This document shows positions 39,201-52,329 of a DNA stretch of 64,000 bases, piece by piece. A program made the position numbers and the translations under genes. The notes beneath the pieces are model-generated. The model had not been told where the DNA came from. It did not search any database and saw only the letters and a program-made list of their open reading frames with translations. Every line of letters starts with the position of its first letter. The first letter of the stretch is position 1. The DNA comes from Psammoneis japonica (taxonomy: Eukaryota), in assembly GCA_008632985.1 (NCBI GenBank), contig QPGO01000049.1, positions 186,001-250,000 of the forward strand, in the 5' to 3' direction.

Positions 39201-39317
39201 TTTTCCACCACGGACCACGCAGGCAGGGAGCACGGTTACAGCCAAGAGGAGCTTCGTCTTTCTTGTTATACTTTGTAACTTCATCTTCTTTCTTTGTTTT
39301 CTTTGTAAAGTTTTCAT
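24231..39317 (-). CDS. Giant (~5000 aa) secreted adhesin-like protein: IgGFc-binding-like N-domain, DUF11-like domain, ~40 cadherin-like/Big_9 Ig repeats, Ser/Lys-rich and polybasic tail
   Basis: Introns 39068-39161 and 38784-38866 join in frame. Hydrophobic N-terminus (KLLLAVTVLPACVV). VNDPPVAxDD..ED../GxFTYTP repeats. Three single-base deletions inside the array (~27666, ~30139, ~31156) split the ORF. Confidence 0.85.
25870..36060 (-). repeat. Coding tandem array, 873-bp unit (291 aa, 3 Ig-like domains), about 11.7 near-identical copies
   Basis: Identical shadow ORFs recur every 872-873 bp (26575, 27448, 28320 ... 35302). Confidence 0.97.
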
Positions 39318-40236
39318 GACTTCGTTCGTTTTTGAAATTTGTGAGAGCACCGTTCTCGTTGACCGCTGTGAATGCTAAAATGCTTGAGGGGTAATACCGT
39401 TCCGCTTCTTTTTATAACGTCTTTGTTCGAATGTACTGCAGCTTACAGCAATTTCTAAGTGGAAAAGATATTTTGGGATCGGTACAAGACAGAAACAAAG
39501 TCATTATTACTACCCCTTTTATTCAGGACCATGTTCTTCATTTAGACATCGCTTCGCCACCGTTACGGTACAATACAAAAGTGTACGGTCACGTAACATG
39601 TTTCTTGGTCGTTTGAAAGTGAATGACTTTTGGCTGGTGCGTGTCCAGAACTCCTCCTTGGGAGGCTTCTCATTGGTTTCTTTGAACAGGTATATCCCTA
39701 CGGTACAGTACCGAAAACTACGACATCGAAAACGAACACAAGACAGAAACAGTCATTACTATCAATCCTCAGTACGTAGTTGTTACGATCAACGCTTGTG
39801 ACTTTCCGGGTCATTACAAGGTGTTTCCACGAATTGGAAGTAATCGGAGAGATTATTACAGCACTTGCTTCGCATCGGTCAGAAGTTTGGCCAAACATCC
39901 CGCTACATAATGTTTCAAGAGGATCTTGTGCCGTGCCACGACCGAGCTGATGTGAACGGGGTTGGATTTCGGGACTCGATGGTGGTGTGCCTGAGCTGTG
40001 TTTCATGGGGCATTCGATCGGTTCGTTTTTGTTCACCGTGGCATCCTCGCAGCTTTCGCTGTTATATGGCCATTCAATTGGCTCATTTCATGGCTTCTCC
40101 TCCCCACTCGTTGCAGCTGACGATCCTCGCAGCTCGCAGAGCACGGAAGTCAAGATCTTCAAACTAAACCACAAAAATAAAATCGAATTTGGTGCTGAAA
40201 CCTCTACTACAAATGGAATCCAACATCCAAAACTCA

Positions 40237-42461
40237 TCACACATCTTCTTCGACGGCTCCCTTGTCCTTCAGCATTTCCAAAAGTGTCCCTTCAGTCAAT
40301 CCATCAATCATTCCTTCGGAGACATCTAAAATCCAGTCCATAATATCCAGCGGATCACTAAGCCGCCCTACACCGTCCCCTAGACGATTCACCACGTCAT
40401 ATCGAATCGGTTTACTATCCCCAATAGGGTAGAAATAGACATCAGGGACCATCTGAATATCCAAATAGTTTTGACCACGAATCTCATTCTGTGTCACGTC
40501 CATCTTTGTCAATTCAATGAACGAGTTCCATTTTAGGTATCGCATTAGACGAGAAAGCTCATTCCATAAAATGGAGAAACGTTTGCAATGACCACAGGTT
40601 GGAGCGTAAAAGAACACAAGAACGTGTTTATCACGCGGACCGTCAAGGACAAGCTTTTCAAACGTTTCTCCCGTCAAAACTTTGACTCCGCTTTCGTTTT
40701 CGGTCAATCCAGCGCTTTGAGATTGCAAGACAGGAGCTAGTTGGTTGTCCCAAAAAGCCTTCAAAAAGCGTTCAATGGACGATGGCGTATTATGGTTCTC
40801 CCCGAAAATGGAGTCCGTGTCAAGGTAGTATCTTCCTGTCCCACCAAAGCGTCGATCAGTGATGAGGAGGGTTGGCAGCAGGGCAGGTGGCGCTTCTTCC
40901 ATTTCCTCTGTTTCCTTTGCCTCTGTCACTCTCACATCCAGCGGTGTCCAAATGTCAACTCCAAACGTATTCATAATTCGTGTCTCTGTACTCGGAACCA
41001 CAATGCATACCATATCGCTTGACTCCGCTCTGTGGGTATGGCATGCACGACGGAAATTAGCAACTGCGCGACGGACGGCGAGAAGCTCCGTATTGGCTGC
41101 CATTTCTTCAGTCGCTCCATCCCATTCAATGACAATGTGCATGTCAACAAACAACACCGCATGGACCCGGCGAGACACCGCAAAGGCCATTGGTGCTACC
41201 GTCTTTCGGTCAAACCAAAGAACAATTGGAGTGGCTTGACGAACAACAAACTGCGACATTGCATTGACATCATCAGACGGCAGGAGATGTGCAGCATCTT
41301 TACTCAGATCAGACAAGCTATGACTTGTCCATTCCGTCTTGTCATCCGCCATGAGTGCAATCACCTCACCGTCTCGCGTCATGTCCAAATGGTCGCACTC
41401 TTGTACTGCAAAAAAGGCAGTGTCTCGACGTTGTGCCATGGTTAGCGCCAACTTGTCGTATTCATAATACAAGTCAAGCTCTTGGTCTGTTGTGTTTTTT
41501 CTGCATTGAATAAACAAATGAAATGGTTCGTCCTGAATATTGAGCAACCAGTCCATGTACCACTTTTCATTTGGGCGCAAACCCGGCGACACGGCCGGTA
41601 AAAGCTGATTCAACAAGCCACCAGCGTGCGCCTGCATAAAGGACAGTAGGTCCACAGATGAAGTCATTTCAAACACTGGATAATCTGATTGGTAATACTC
41701 TTCCTTATTCTTCTTGTCGTGACCACTGACGTAATACAGAGGACTCAATGAGTATCGATACCAATTGTGAAGAACAGTCTCTACAATGTTGCTTGGCAAT
41801 GTCTGCAACCCTTCATACTTCAACACGTCAACTCCGACTTCGCCGGTTTCATAAAAGTATCCCCGCACAAAGAGCAACACGGGCACCTCGTCCGTGTTGA
41901 GTTGGTCCAACACCCAATCCTTCTTTTCGGAAACATCCATTTTGGCAAAGAGCGGCGGTACGACTTGATCCATTATCGGAGCGGAAATAAGAGCAGCGGC
42001 CTGCTCGACCTTTTCAATCAAAACCTTGCTGTGTGGACAAGAATGTGAGTACACAACAGCAAGCATAAGAATTGGCTGGGCGGTAGCCGGCATTGCCTCA
42101 AAGGCATCCAACAAGCTGTTGGCTGTAGAGAAACAAATTAAATGCGTTCAGTTTGCACAAGAAAACTCAGTGCGACTCGTTTCAATACAATGATTGACTT
42201 ACCATTTTTCAGCACCAACAGCCCGTTTTCTTTTTTTATGTCCTCCGGAGGATCGACAAGTGAAGAAGTGCTTGTGCCCTCGTTATGTCTGAGTTTCGAA
42301 CTGTCGTCGGCCTCTCTGGCGTTATTTTCCGGTGTCACCGAATCGTTTGCCACCGCCGTAACGCTTATCAGACAGGCCAATAGGCCTAGAAAGATACATA
42401 TGGTGGAACGAGGTATGCCATTGCAGCTTCTCCTACCAAGAGAAGTGATAAGCAGCGCCAT
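40237..42461 (-). CDS. Protein disulfide isomerase-like/thioredoxin-domain protein; intron 42123-42202
   Basis: N-terminal hydrophobic signal, degenerate first Trx site (SCPHS), C-terminal FYAPTCGHCKRF. The splice restores the frame. Confidence 0.9.
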
Positions 42462-42559
42462 GTCTCTCTCGTTTTGCGTTGCTGATTGTGAGTTTTGTGC
42501 TGAGGGCTACGTACAGTGCAGCGCGCATCGCGCGCGTTACTGTATTGTAGTTGCTTGCC

Positions 42560-45500
42560 AGCTCCCCTTGTTTTTGTTTTCTTCTTTTGTGTGACCTCAT
42601 TTGCATTGGCGAGGCTCGCTTACAAGCCTTCCTGCACACACGACAAACCCTTTTAATCAACCCTGCTGGTTGCCTCTTGGGAAGCTCAAGCACCCCCAAT
42701 GGTCGATCAAGCAGCACTGACTCCAACATGTCCAAGGATGGAGACCGTGGAGAGATCTCATCACCCCCCCAGATTTTGGGATGGTGGGACAGACACGTGG
42801 ATGTTCGTGTCCAAGACACCAGAAAAAGTCCTGGTGGACCATGAGCATGAGAAAAAGCATTGGCACCTCAGGCCCTGGCTTGAGCAAAGATGTCTTTTTG
42901 CTCCCTTTGTTGTGCCATGCAAGAGGGGGGCTGATTGGCAAAGAGAGGCCAAAGCGGCACTTTGCACAATCTCTTTTCCGCCAGCCAACAAGTGGCAGAA
43001 GCCACATTTGGAGGCATGCAGCCATGTCAATGCTGGAATGAGCATCACAATGGTGTGAGTGACTGTGTGCATTGCATCAGAGGATCGTGCATCCCCTCAT
43101 CTCAGATCAGCTCGAGGCATGATCTCATCCAGTGGGAAGATGGTGCTGGTCTGTCACTTCTTTGCTGACACTCAAGGGCCTTGCTTGAGCCAGGTCTCAC
43201 CCCTGACCAAAAATGTGATCCCATGACAACCATGTCCACACAATTGCAATGGTCATGGCACCAGAAAACACTCAAAATCTGTGCACAGATGAAGAAAACT
43301 GAGTGCAACAACTGCCCCTTGCTCACATGGCTGCATCAACTGCATGATGCCCATTTCCCCATAAAAACAACAAAAACAACTCTGACATTTCAGTCATTTG
43401 TGATGCAATGAGCCATGTGTGCTGGTGCAACAATCATGATGAAAATTCACTCAGAGAAAAAATCTTCTTGAAATGGGGGTTTGGGCCAAACGTTTTTGCG
43501 CGCTGCTTTCCCATGCTTCCCCACTTGGCAAAGCACCCTCAAGGAATTGTTTTCACAAAAAACCATTGACACTTTGCATCTTTTGCTTTTTGTGTGAGCA
43601 ACATGATTTGGGTGCACCTTGTGTCCAAAAAATTCCTTTTTCAGAATTTCGTCAACAACCCAGCAAAGTGATGAAGTGTGGCGAAATTTTTTAAATGTAG
43701 AATTTTGGTGTGCAAAGGACAAAGTTGGGTTTGTCATCAAAACACAAGTGCACAAAGTGTCAACCATCACAATGGCCAAAATCAGTTCCTTGAGGTTGCA
43801 GCCCGTCACTTGCAAAGCACAGGAAAAGCATGATGATGAATGGGATTTCCTGCGTGATTTTCTAAATAAATTTTGCACCAGAAATTGGCCCTGCACATGG
43901 CTTGTTGACTTGTTCCAGACTTGGGTGGGAGGAATGCATGCAAAAAAGCCCCTCTTTGCATGAAACACATGCAGCTCAAACTTTTGGCGCCATTTTCAAA
44001 AGCGAAAACATGACAATTTTCAAATGTGTTGCTGTGAACACATGCAGAAAGGTCTCGTGCATGCAATCATGCATTCAAAGCTGATGATGGACCAAGTTGT
44101 TGACTGCCAAATGATGCTGCAAGATGAGAGCTTAGTTTTTCTGATGAGTGTTTTGTGATTGCACTTGCGTGCAAATGAAAACATGAAGCAAATGTTCTTG
44201 TGCACAAACAAACTCTTGAACAACAACAAATCATGTTTTGTTGCAATGCTTCAACGCAAGTTAATTAATCTCAATGGATCAAGCAAATCATCCATTGATG
44301 ACAAAGTTTGAGAAGACCTGAGAGAAAAAAAGTTAAACTTGGCACATGCGATGGCATTGACTTTGGACAATTTTTCACTGCTTTGTTCACACAAAGAGCT
44401 GAAACACTCAAGTCAGTTGATGCCATGGAGGAAATGCACATGGAAATGGAAAAGAACTTGCCTGTGCTTGGAGGCTGGCAAATTGTGAGCAAAATGAGGC
44501 TCATTGAATGTTTTTCTTGCACTGCACTGGAGCCTGTGCCAAGCATCTTCATTGTTGTCATTGACAACACAGATTGCACAAAATGCTTTAGTCATCATTG
44601 TGTCATTCAACTGCTCACAAGGTTGAAAAGAGGGCCATCATGGTTGCTGAAAGCCATGGCCATTTTGGCTGTGAGTTGGTTTGAATTTCATCTGTTCATT
44701 TGACTCTTAAGACATTGTTGTGATCATGACAATGCAAGATCAATGATGCTGAATCAAGCACAAAATGTTTGTCTTTTTGTGTGAAAAGGGGCATGTGCAC
44801 TCCACCTGAGTCTGGAACAAGTCTGTTCTGGAAAGATGTCCCAGTGCATTTTGCACCAAGTGTGCATGCAAACAACACGATGATGGCAGATGTGCCCTTC
44901 ATTCTCAAAAATGCAGCAAGGCAGCCAGTTTTTTTTTTCACAATGTGTGTGACAGGCTTTTGTGTCCTCTCAGTGATGTCATGAGACAAGATGCTCTGGT
45001 CTCCCCACCTCCACTGCTGCCCTCAATGAATGGCACTTTGGCCATTGTCTCATGTTGTTTGCACTGTGAGCTCAAAATTTGCACACTGGCAATTTGTGTG
45101 TTTTTCTACAAATTGCATGCAATTGCACGAAATTCTGTTTCATTGTTTGAGCCAAAAATTGTGTGGTTCATTCAAACTTCTGTGAAATTGACAGAAGCTG
45201 AAGCTTTGAAAAACTGTGAAGTTCAAAAGTCAGAGGAAAACAAGGAAACATGAATTTTTTCATTTTTCCTGCACCCTTCTGCATTGATTGTGTCAGATTT
45301 AGAGTCATTCACCACTCAATGGTTGGGTCGGGTGCAATTTTTGTGTGTGGTGATGTCAGCTGCATCAGTCTTGTGCTGATGGCAACCAGACAAAGCATGA
45401 ACAAAAAACACAAAAGGCAGAACAAACAAACAAACATTCTCTGCACTCCGCACAACAAAAGCAGATTCACAATGTCACAAAACAACATGCACAGACGGCG

Positions 45501-46760
45501 CAAGTGCATCGGTCAGAGCACAACAGAGTTCTGTTGTGGCCCCACTCTCTGCCAGCACAGCACACTCTACAAGCAACAACACAACAAAAAGCCACAAGAG
45601 TTGTTTTTTTATAACAGAAATTGTGGAAGCCTGTGCATGTGTAGAAGCATTGAAGTGAGCAGCAATGGGTGGCGCGGGAGGAGCTGCAGAGGTGGGAGGA
45701 AAGAAGGGGAGCGCAAGACAGCACACAGGGCATTTTAAAGAAGGAGTGGGGGGAGCAACAGGAGAAGGGAGGGATGAGAGACATCAGACGATGTGAGCAG
45801 CGGAATGATGAACAATGTTGCACCCAAGAGTTTGCACAGCCCATTGGGAGGGAGAGGCAGAGCGATGAGAGGAGACAAAGCAATCGGTGGTGAGCTGCTG
45901 CCAGGCAGAGTCAGCAGCAGGAAGCAAAGCAGCAGGAGAGAAGAGAGTGCAGAAGAGGGTGTCAAAGGATGTGGCAGAGGTTTGTAAAGAGTGGGGATCA
46001 GGCCAGGGAGGTTTTGGTTGAGAGAAGAGAAGGCAGGAGAAAGGAGGAGCCGAAGAGAAAGCGATGGGAGAGAAGCAGCCAAGGCCAATGAGGTGGTCGA
46101 TGGCAAAAGGGAGAAGGAAAATCCCAGAAGCATTGAGTGACTGGATGGTGAGAATGCCATCGGCAGAGGAGGAGGAAGGGCCCAAGAACTTGGATCTCGT
46201 GCTTGCATGGTGTGCCTTGGTTAAAACAGGAGAAAAGGGTGCAGGCAGACCAGGAGGAGGGTGAGGAGAAGCTTTGGGAATGGTGACATCGATGGCAATG
46301 CACTGATGCTAGAAGGAGCAGAGGTGGAGGTGGGAGGAGGGATGGAAACGCCAACATTGGCTGGACAAAGAAGAGGCTGTTGTGGGAGAAGGTTCGCAGG
46401 TTCAAGATGGACGTCGGTGGAAGATCGACAGAGAGGGGAAAGGGGGCCGAGGGTGTGAGCGAGGGTGAAAACGGTGTCACAGATGCCATTAGAGAGGTTG
46501 GACTTGTGACAAGCCTTGCAGGAGAAGGCATGGTTGCTGAAGGCATCGAGAGTGGCGTGGCCACAAGGGCAGGGCGAGTCAACAAGGGAAGGAGCAAAAG
46601 AACTGGGAGGCAGAGCTTGCATTGAGCAGCTGCAGTGCATTCGTCAGAAGTGAGGCAAGAAGCGGGAAAGCATCAGGAAAGGGAGTGAAGCGGGAGGCTG
46701 GCTAAAGGAGACAGAAGAGAAGGAAGAGCAACTTGGACATCGGATGGAGCAGCGGAAAGG
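42560..46760. other. TpA/CpG-depleted hypermutated repeat zone 3
   Basis: Same signature, starting about 100 bp upstream of the PDI-like start codon. Confidence 0.8.
43440..45000 (-). mobile_element. Degenerate ORF remnant, possibly a DNA transposase (piggyBac-like?)
   Basis: Chain of broken minus-strand ORFs with a 'VWNKS..HV' motif and a Cys/His-rich end. Similarity is weak and judged from memory. Confidence 0.2.
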
Positions 46761-46780
46761 GCGGCTGAAAGGGTTCGCTG
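45900..46780 (-). mobile_element. 3' fragment of a non-LTR retrotransposon with restriction-like endonuclease (CRE/R2-type)
   Basis: CPCG..LDAFSNHAFSC (CCHC), then 'SNGICD', 'EP.NLLP..P..CPANV' (degenerate RPAD) and a downstream IDVT. Confidence 0.6.
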
Positions 46781-46987
46781 TTATGGTGGGCGTGGCAGAG
46801 CAGCACAACATCCGGGATCCGGGCTTCTACTGTGGCCTGGCTGGCTGCGCCCACCGCCCACGCGGTTGATTTTTTTTTGGCGAGAATAGAGATGATGATG
46901 ATGCATGATGACATGAGGAGGAGGAGTCGATTCGCAGAAGCATTTTCTGCCTAATTGGACTGCGATAAGCTCGAGGCTGAGTTCACC

Positions 46988-48536
46988 ATGTCAAAACTAC
47001 CGCAAGCCGAAAACCTGTTGCGGGTGCTAGTGGAACAGGTAAGGACACATTTCCATTCGCTCAAGAATCCTTCAAAGGGGGGGCATTCAAACCGAAAGCT
47101 CCACAGACTCAACTTCAAACTCACGTAAGCTGATCGCCTCTTGTTTGAAGCAAAAATGGATAGAGGCGACGGAATACATTCAAATGCACCCACAAGCAAT
47201 ACATGAGATAACAACTTTGTCAGCTGGTAAATCTATTCTTCATTTGGCCTGTCATGACGGTTTCTCTGACGATGAAGACGATGAAACGGATCGGATCGAG
47301 ATTTCCCGTCAAGCATGTGACTTTGTGCAGTCATCATTTGATGCAGCTTTCAGTGTGCCCAGTTTGGACTCATCCGCAAAACGGGCACTCGCACGATCAA
47401 TGTTATTTTGCCGCGACAGATGTGGAAATACACCGCTGCACGCACACTATGGCCCGGCGAATCCAGCACTGGTAGAGATTCTTCTGGATTCGGCTCGAAA
47501 GATCTCCCCCGCAACTCCGTATGAATTGGTCACTGCTCAAAACGACAGAGGCGCGACAGTATTACATTACATGTCCGAGGGGAGGTGCCCGGACCAGGTT
47601 GTGGAGCTTCTAATGACGTGTTGCAGGGACGCTCCGTCAGTTGATCCCACTTTAATTCTAGATAAAGATGGTGACTCTATTCTAACCTGGGCGAGTGCAT
47701 CGGATCTCTCTCTGAGGCGTTGGAAGCTGCTGTTGGGACATGGCACTGGAGGGCTTGTTCATAAAAATGATGACGGTGTGTTTCCGACTGATGTGATGTT
47801 TTTGTATGCTAGTGATTATGAGAGACCGCGAGAGTCTGTCTGTGAAATTGTTGATGTCATGTTGCGTGCTCACTTTGGAAAACTCGAAGCAGCATCAGAC
47901 GACTGGTTTCCGCTTCATGCTTTAGTGCAGGCGCCCTTTTGTCGCCCGTACGTGTTAAAGGTTCTCCTTGAATTATCTGACTGGAGCAATCAGCTCTTAA
48001 CCTTTGATCATCAAGGCATGTTGCCACTTCACGCGGCGGCCGCACAGCCCTCACCAGAGCTGCAGCTGAGAGCCAACCAATCTCCGCTGACTTCGAAGGA
48101 AGTGAGTGCCGTGCAGGTCCCGTGGAACTTGGACGTACCTCTTGAACAGTTTTTCCCAAACGATTCAGTCTTGTCGTGGGTTGGAACGGAAATGTTGAAA
48201 GGCGATACGAATATGATTCTTCTGCTGCTGAATGCTCGTCCTCAGGCTGCGGCGCTTCCAGCAACGACTGGTGGTCGGCTGGCACTTCACAATGCCATTG
48301 AATCGGGTCATGTGTGGGAAGTAGTAAGGGAGTTGTGGAAGGCTGTTCCAGATTCAGTGACTACTCTTGATCCAAAGACAAGATTGTTTCCATTCTTGCT
48401 GGCTGCGGCAGCTCCCGAGAAGCCTCCTTCGGACTTCGAGAGGATATCTAATGGTGGGCTGGATGCAATATTCGAATTAGTTCGCATTCGTCCGGAGCTA
48501 CTTCAGTCAGGAATACCCAAGCATTTTTCTTCCTAA
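46988..48536 (+). CDS. Ankyrin-repeat protein; intron 47039-47150
   Basis: SILHLAC, GNTPLH, GATVLHY, GMLPLHAAA, GRLALHNAI and C-terminal DPKTRLFPFLLAA. Exon 1 MSKLPQAENLLRVLVEQ splices in frame. Confidence 0.88.
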
Positions 48537-48681
48537 ACCAATTCAGCGGTCGAGGCCCATCTGAGAATGAAACGAAGCAAAGGTGCACAAGAATACTCTT
48601 GGAATCGATATGATGTAATAAATTTGTCATGAAATAGAGAACTTCGCCCTTCGGCAAGTATTATGTAACGCATAATTTGGG

Positions 48682-51600
48682 TCAGTGCATTTGTAAACCT
48701 GTCCGACTCTCCATATATTCGGGTCTCAAGTTGCTTCTCGTGATTATACCTACAACGGACTCATTCTTTCCCAGCACAGGTAGTGTTCGCAAACCAAGCG
48801 CTGTGAATAGTTTGTAGGCTTTTGACACGGGAGTATTTTGCACGACCGAATAGGCTCCACGATTCATTGCGGCCGCGACATCCACATTTTGTTCCCGCTC
48901 TTCTTCTTTGAGATTCACAAATGGAACTCCATTTTTGTCGAATGCCACCACGGTTCGCAGCATGTGAATGGATCCTTCCGGCATGGTCTCATCAACGCCA
49001 GTCATAATGACACCATTGCTTTGAGTACGTAACACATTGTCTCGCAGCCAACGATACTGATCATGCGGCTTGACTGTTGTTCGCGATTTGTGAGCATAAA
49101 TGTCATGGTCTCCAAGAAGTGCGTGTGACACACTCTGCCTAGATGCATGTAGCATGGCCCCTCGGATCATTGACTTCCTCGACGACCGTTCCCTCTTTGA
49201 CTCCACGTAGATTCCACATTCAAGAAGGGCAATCAATTGGTCTCTGCGAATCAAAATGATACTTTGATGAGTAGGAATATACAATTGAACAAAAAAAAAG
49301 AAAAGAATGCCAGTAAAGCTGGTACCTTCGAATGAATCCAATGTATTCCTTGGTCGACCGTTTCAAAACTGGGAAACCGTCAACATCATTTTCCTTCAGC
49401 AGGGACTCGATTGTGCCTGCTGTCTCGATCCCGTAAATGGTAATAACAGGGCTAGAGTACAAAGACAAATACATTTTCTTGTTAAGTTCCTATGCGAGAG
49501 CCAAAATAGAATTTCATTGGTGATTGTGCTTACCTCGTCATAATATCTGACACGGTTGGAATATCAAACGATTGTTTGATAAAGTGCTCAAGATAGGGAT
49601 AATGCTTCAGATGCATATTTATCTTACCATCGACAATGGTAAGTACGTGTTAGTTCTTTCAGCAAAAGCAAGACAACACTCTAGCTCTGAACTCACATGA
49701 TAGAAACCATCATTCAAGATGTCCGCCACATATCTAGCAACGTTTACGCTAATAATGAGCGGAAGCAAAACCTTGTAGTATGGAGGCAGAAATCCAGCAT
49801 AAGTGGGCATCTAGACAAAGAATAATGCGATCCTTTATTGACTGCATCCTTACCTTGACTTGCCCCGTCGCTTCCATCATGATGACACACAGGCTGACGG
49901 TTGTTCGCTGGATTCCCGCCAACATGGCCGTTGCTGCAAGTAAGGCAACGTGCGCCGGATTTGCATCTTCTATAAAGTGTCGTTGAATCATGATTCCGGC
50001 CCAGCCTCCATACAAGGATCCCGTCAAGAGAGTTGGCATGAACAAGCCACTCGGAATGGGCGTTCCAAAGGTAATCAGCATGAGAAAAAAGAAAATCGAT
50101 CCACACAACAACAATGTGCGAGCCTCAAATTGGCCTGGGTCGCTCAAAAGTGCATTCAGTGCATCGTCTGTGAAAAAGAAGGCAAGTTGGGAGAATTGTT
50201 ACGATTATGCAAGGGGTGTTTTCTCTTTCTCTACTTACCTCTCGACGCCTGAAGAATGGCCGCAACCTCATTGAATTGCCCAGGGGGACAGTTGAATCGA
50301 AGAAACTCTTGTGTCTGTTCAGAAGAGGCTTCTGCGCACGCCCAAGATTCCGGTAGAAGAAACGACGTCATGAAAGTGGCAACAGACGTGGCAAGACTAA
50401 CCAATAAAACATCCATCAATTTCAACATGTTACTTCTCTGCGGACGGAGACTGTAAAAGCGCGACCTAACACGACCCATAAAGCAATAAAAACTATTAAA
50501 AGCCGCACCAAAGAGCCCCCCGCCGATTCCGAGCAACACGTAAAACGCGACTTGTTTGAAGGTATGGGTCGGTGTTACAGAAGCATAGGACTGTTCCAAA
50601 CTGTTTCCCAACGCAAGAATGCTAAAGTTGCTCAAGTCTCCATGATAAATCGCAATTACAAACGTCCCCAACGCTGTGGCCGCCAGGGTTCGCCACATGA
50701 GCCGGAGCGTGTAAAAACTTGATGCTTCCTCAATGCTGTACAACAACCCTCCCACGGGTGCTCCAAAGGCCACGGCAAATCCCGTGGCGGCACCAATGGA
50801 AATCAAGTCACGTCGATCGGCATCGTTGCGAAAGGCGGAAAGTAAGGCAACCATTTTCGAAAAAAAGGTTCGTCCTTCACTAAGTCGGTCGCCCGCCTTG
50901 TCGTCCCACAGGGAGGTGAGAGAAAAGTTCTGGTCCGATAACGATCCCATATTGTCGTCAGCTCCACCATAGTTGACCGCTAGATCCGCGACGGTAAGCG
51001 AACCACGTTTACCGCCAAACAATGAACCACGCTTCTTGTCAAACAGTGCAGCCTTTTCGTCGTCTTGGTCTTCGCAAGCAACAGCTTTGGTCGTGTCGTA
51101 CAAGTTCGTTTCTTGGCGACTCATTTTGGCGCATCCAAACAAATTGCTAAATCGTGGGTGATTGGACTGGAAATTGTAAAGGGCAATGTCCAATCGGGTC
51201 GTCTTGGTGAGCCCCTGCCCAATAATGGCCCCAATATGGACACTGGGACCTTCGGGTCCCACGATTAGTCCAGAAGATACCGATAGAATGGTTCCAAAAA
51301 TTTTGGTTAACAAAATACTCGGGTTGGCAAAGGACGGGACGCGCGAACCGTTCAAATAGGCCTTGACCTCAGGAATGCCACTGCCAATGGCTCCCGGCGC
51401 AAAGTAGACGCACATGGCCGAACTCATCAAGACGAGACCTGCACTGACGAACGTCGAAATAAAAAAGACGTAGAATACTCCCAGTTTCGAAACTAGGTGC
51501 CGCGACAATGTGGAAAGAGCATGAAGAGGAAACTGCTGATCAAATTCTTCTTCATTGGCGGTACCCGCAATCCATTGCATGGCTCGATTGAGACGATTGA

Positions 51601-52018
51601 CTCGAAATTCGACAATGCAAGTGTTGCAATACACGATAAAAATGGCCAAGATGCCACATAACAAACCAATCAACAAGGTCAAGATCCACTGCATTAGTTC
51701 CTTTTCGTACGGCATGTTGAGCAACCGGCGTTTCTTTTTCGTGATTTCTTCTTCTTCTTGGGCCATTTCGTTAAAGGTGAAATAGCTCATGCTATCCCAG
51801 TGGTGTGTATCATCGTTGTACAATTGACACTTTTTCTGGAGACGCTTCTTGGTTGCCTCGATCCTGTAAGAATTGACGATGGGATCAAAATCTAATGAGG
51901 GAAAGACACCGCGAGGTGCAAATTCATCTACGCCAATATTCACTTCGCGAACAAGGGAGACGCGTGACCAATTGCTCGTCTTCACTGAGGAGCGTCGCCT
52001 TCGAGCTGCGGGGGCCAT
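48682..52018 (-). CDS. CLC voltage-gated chloride channel/antiporter with CBS domains (multi-exon)
   Basis: GSGIPE, GPEGP, GFAVAFGAPVGG, GLFMP signatures. C-terminal CBS motifs (GFPV, LGLRTLPV, VGIITR). Several introns between 49.2 and 50.3 kb. Confidence 0.93.
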
Positions 52019-52329
52019 GGTTGCTTGCTTCTTGGTTGTTGGTTTGTGGAACTTGTGAGGTATGAGGTGGTACAGGTCTTGGGTCTTCGCAGAATTCTGG
52101 GATTATGGGGTCTGGGGGTACCGGGTGGTAGGTCTGGGGTCGCATCCACTTTACAGTACTTTGGCTGCATTTACTTAGAGCCCCCCCACGAAATTCAACC
52201 TTTACTTATGCACCTGTGACCCCNNNNNNNNCCCCGCCAGTTACAAAAAATCCGTAGAAGTGACAGGTCGTCGCGCGCCACATTTCCCCCCCTTTTTCTG
52301 GCACGCTGTGAACGACCCGCATCGTTGTT

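Noticed and set aside
52224..52231. Short N run
   Set aside because: Assembly gap with no biological signal.
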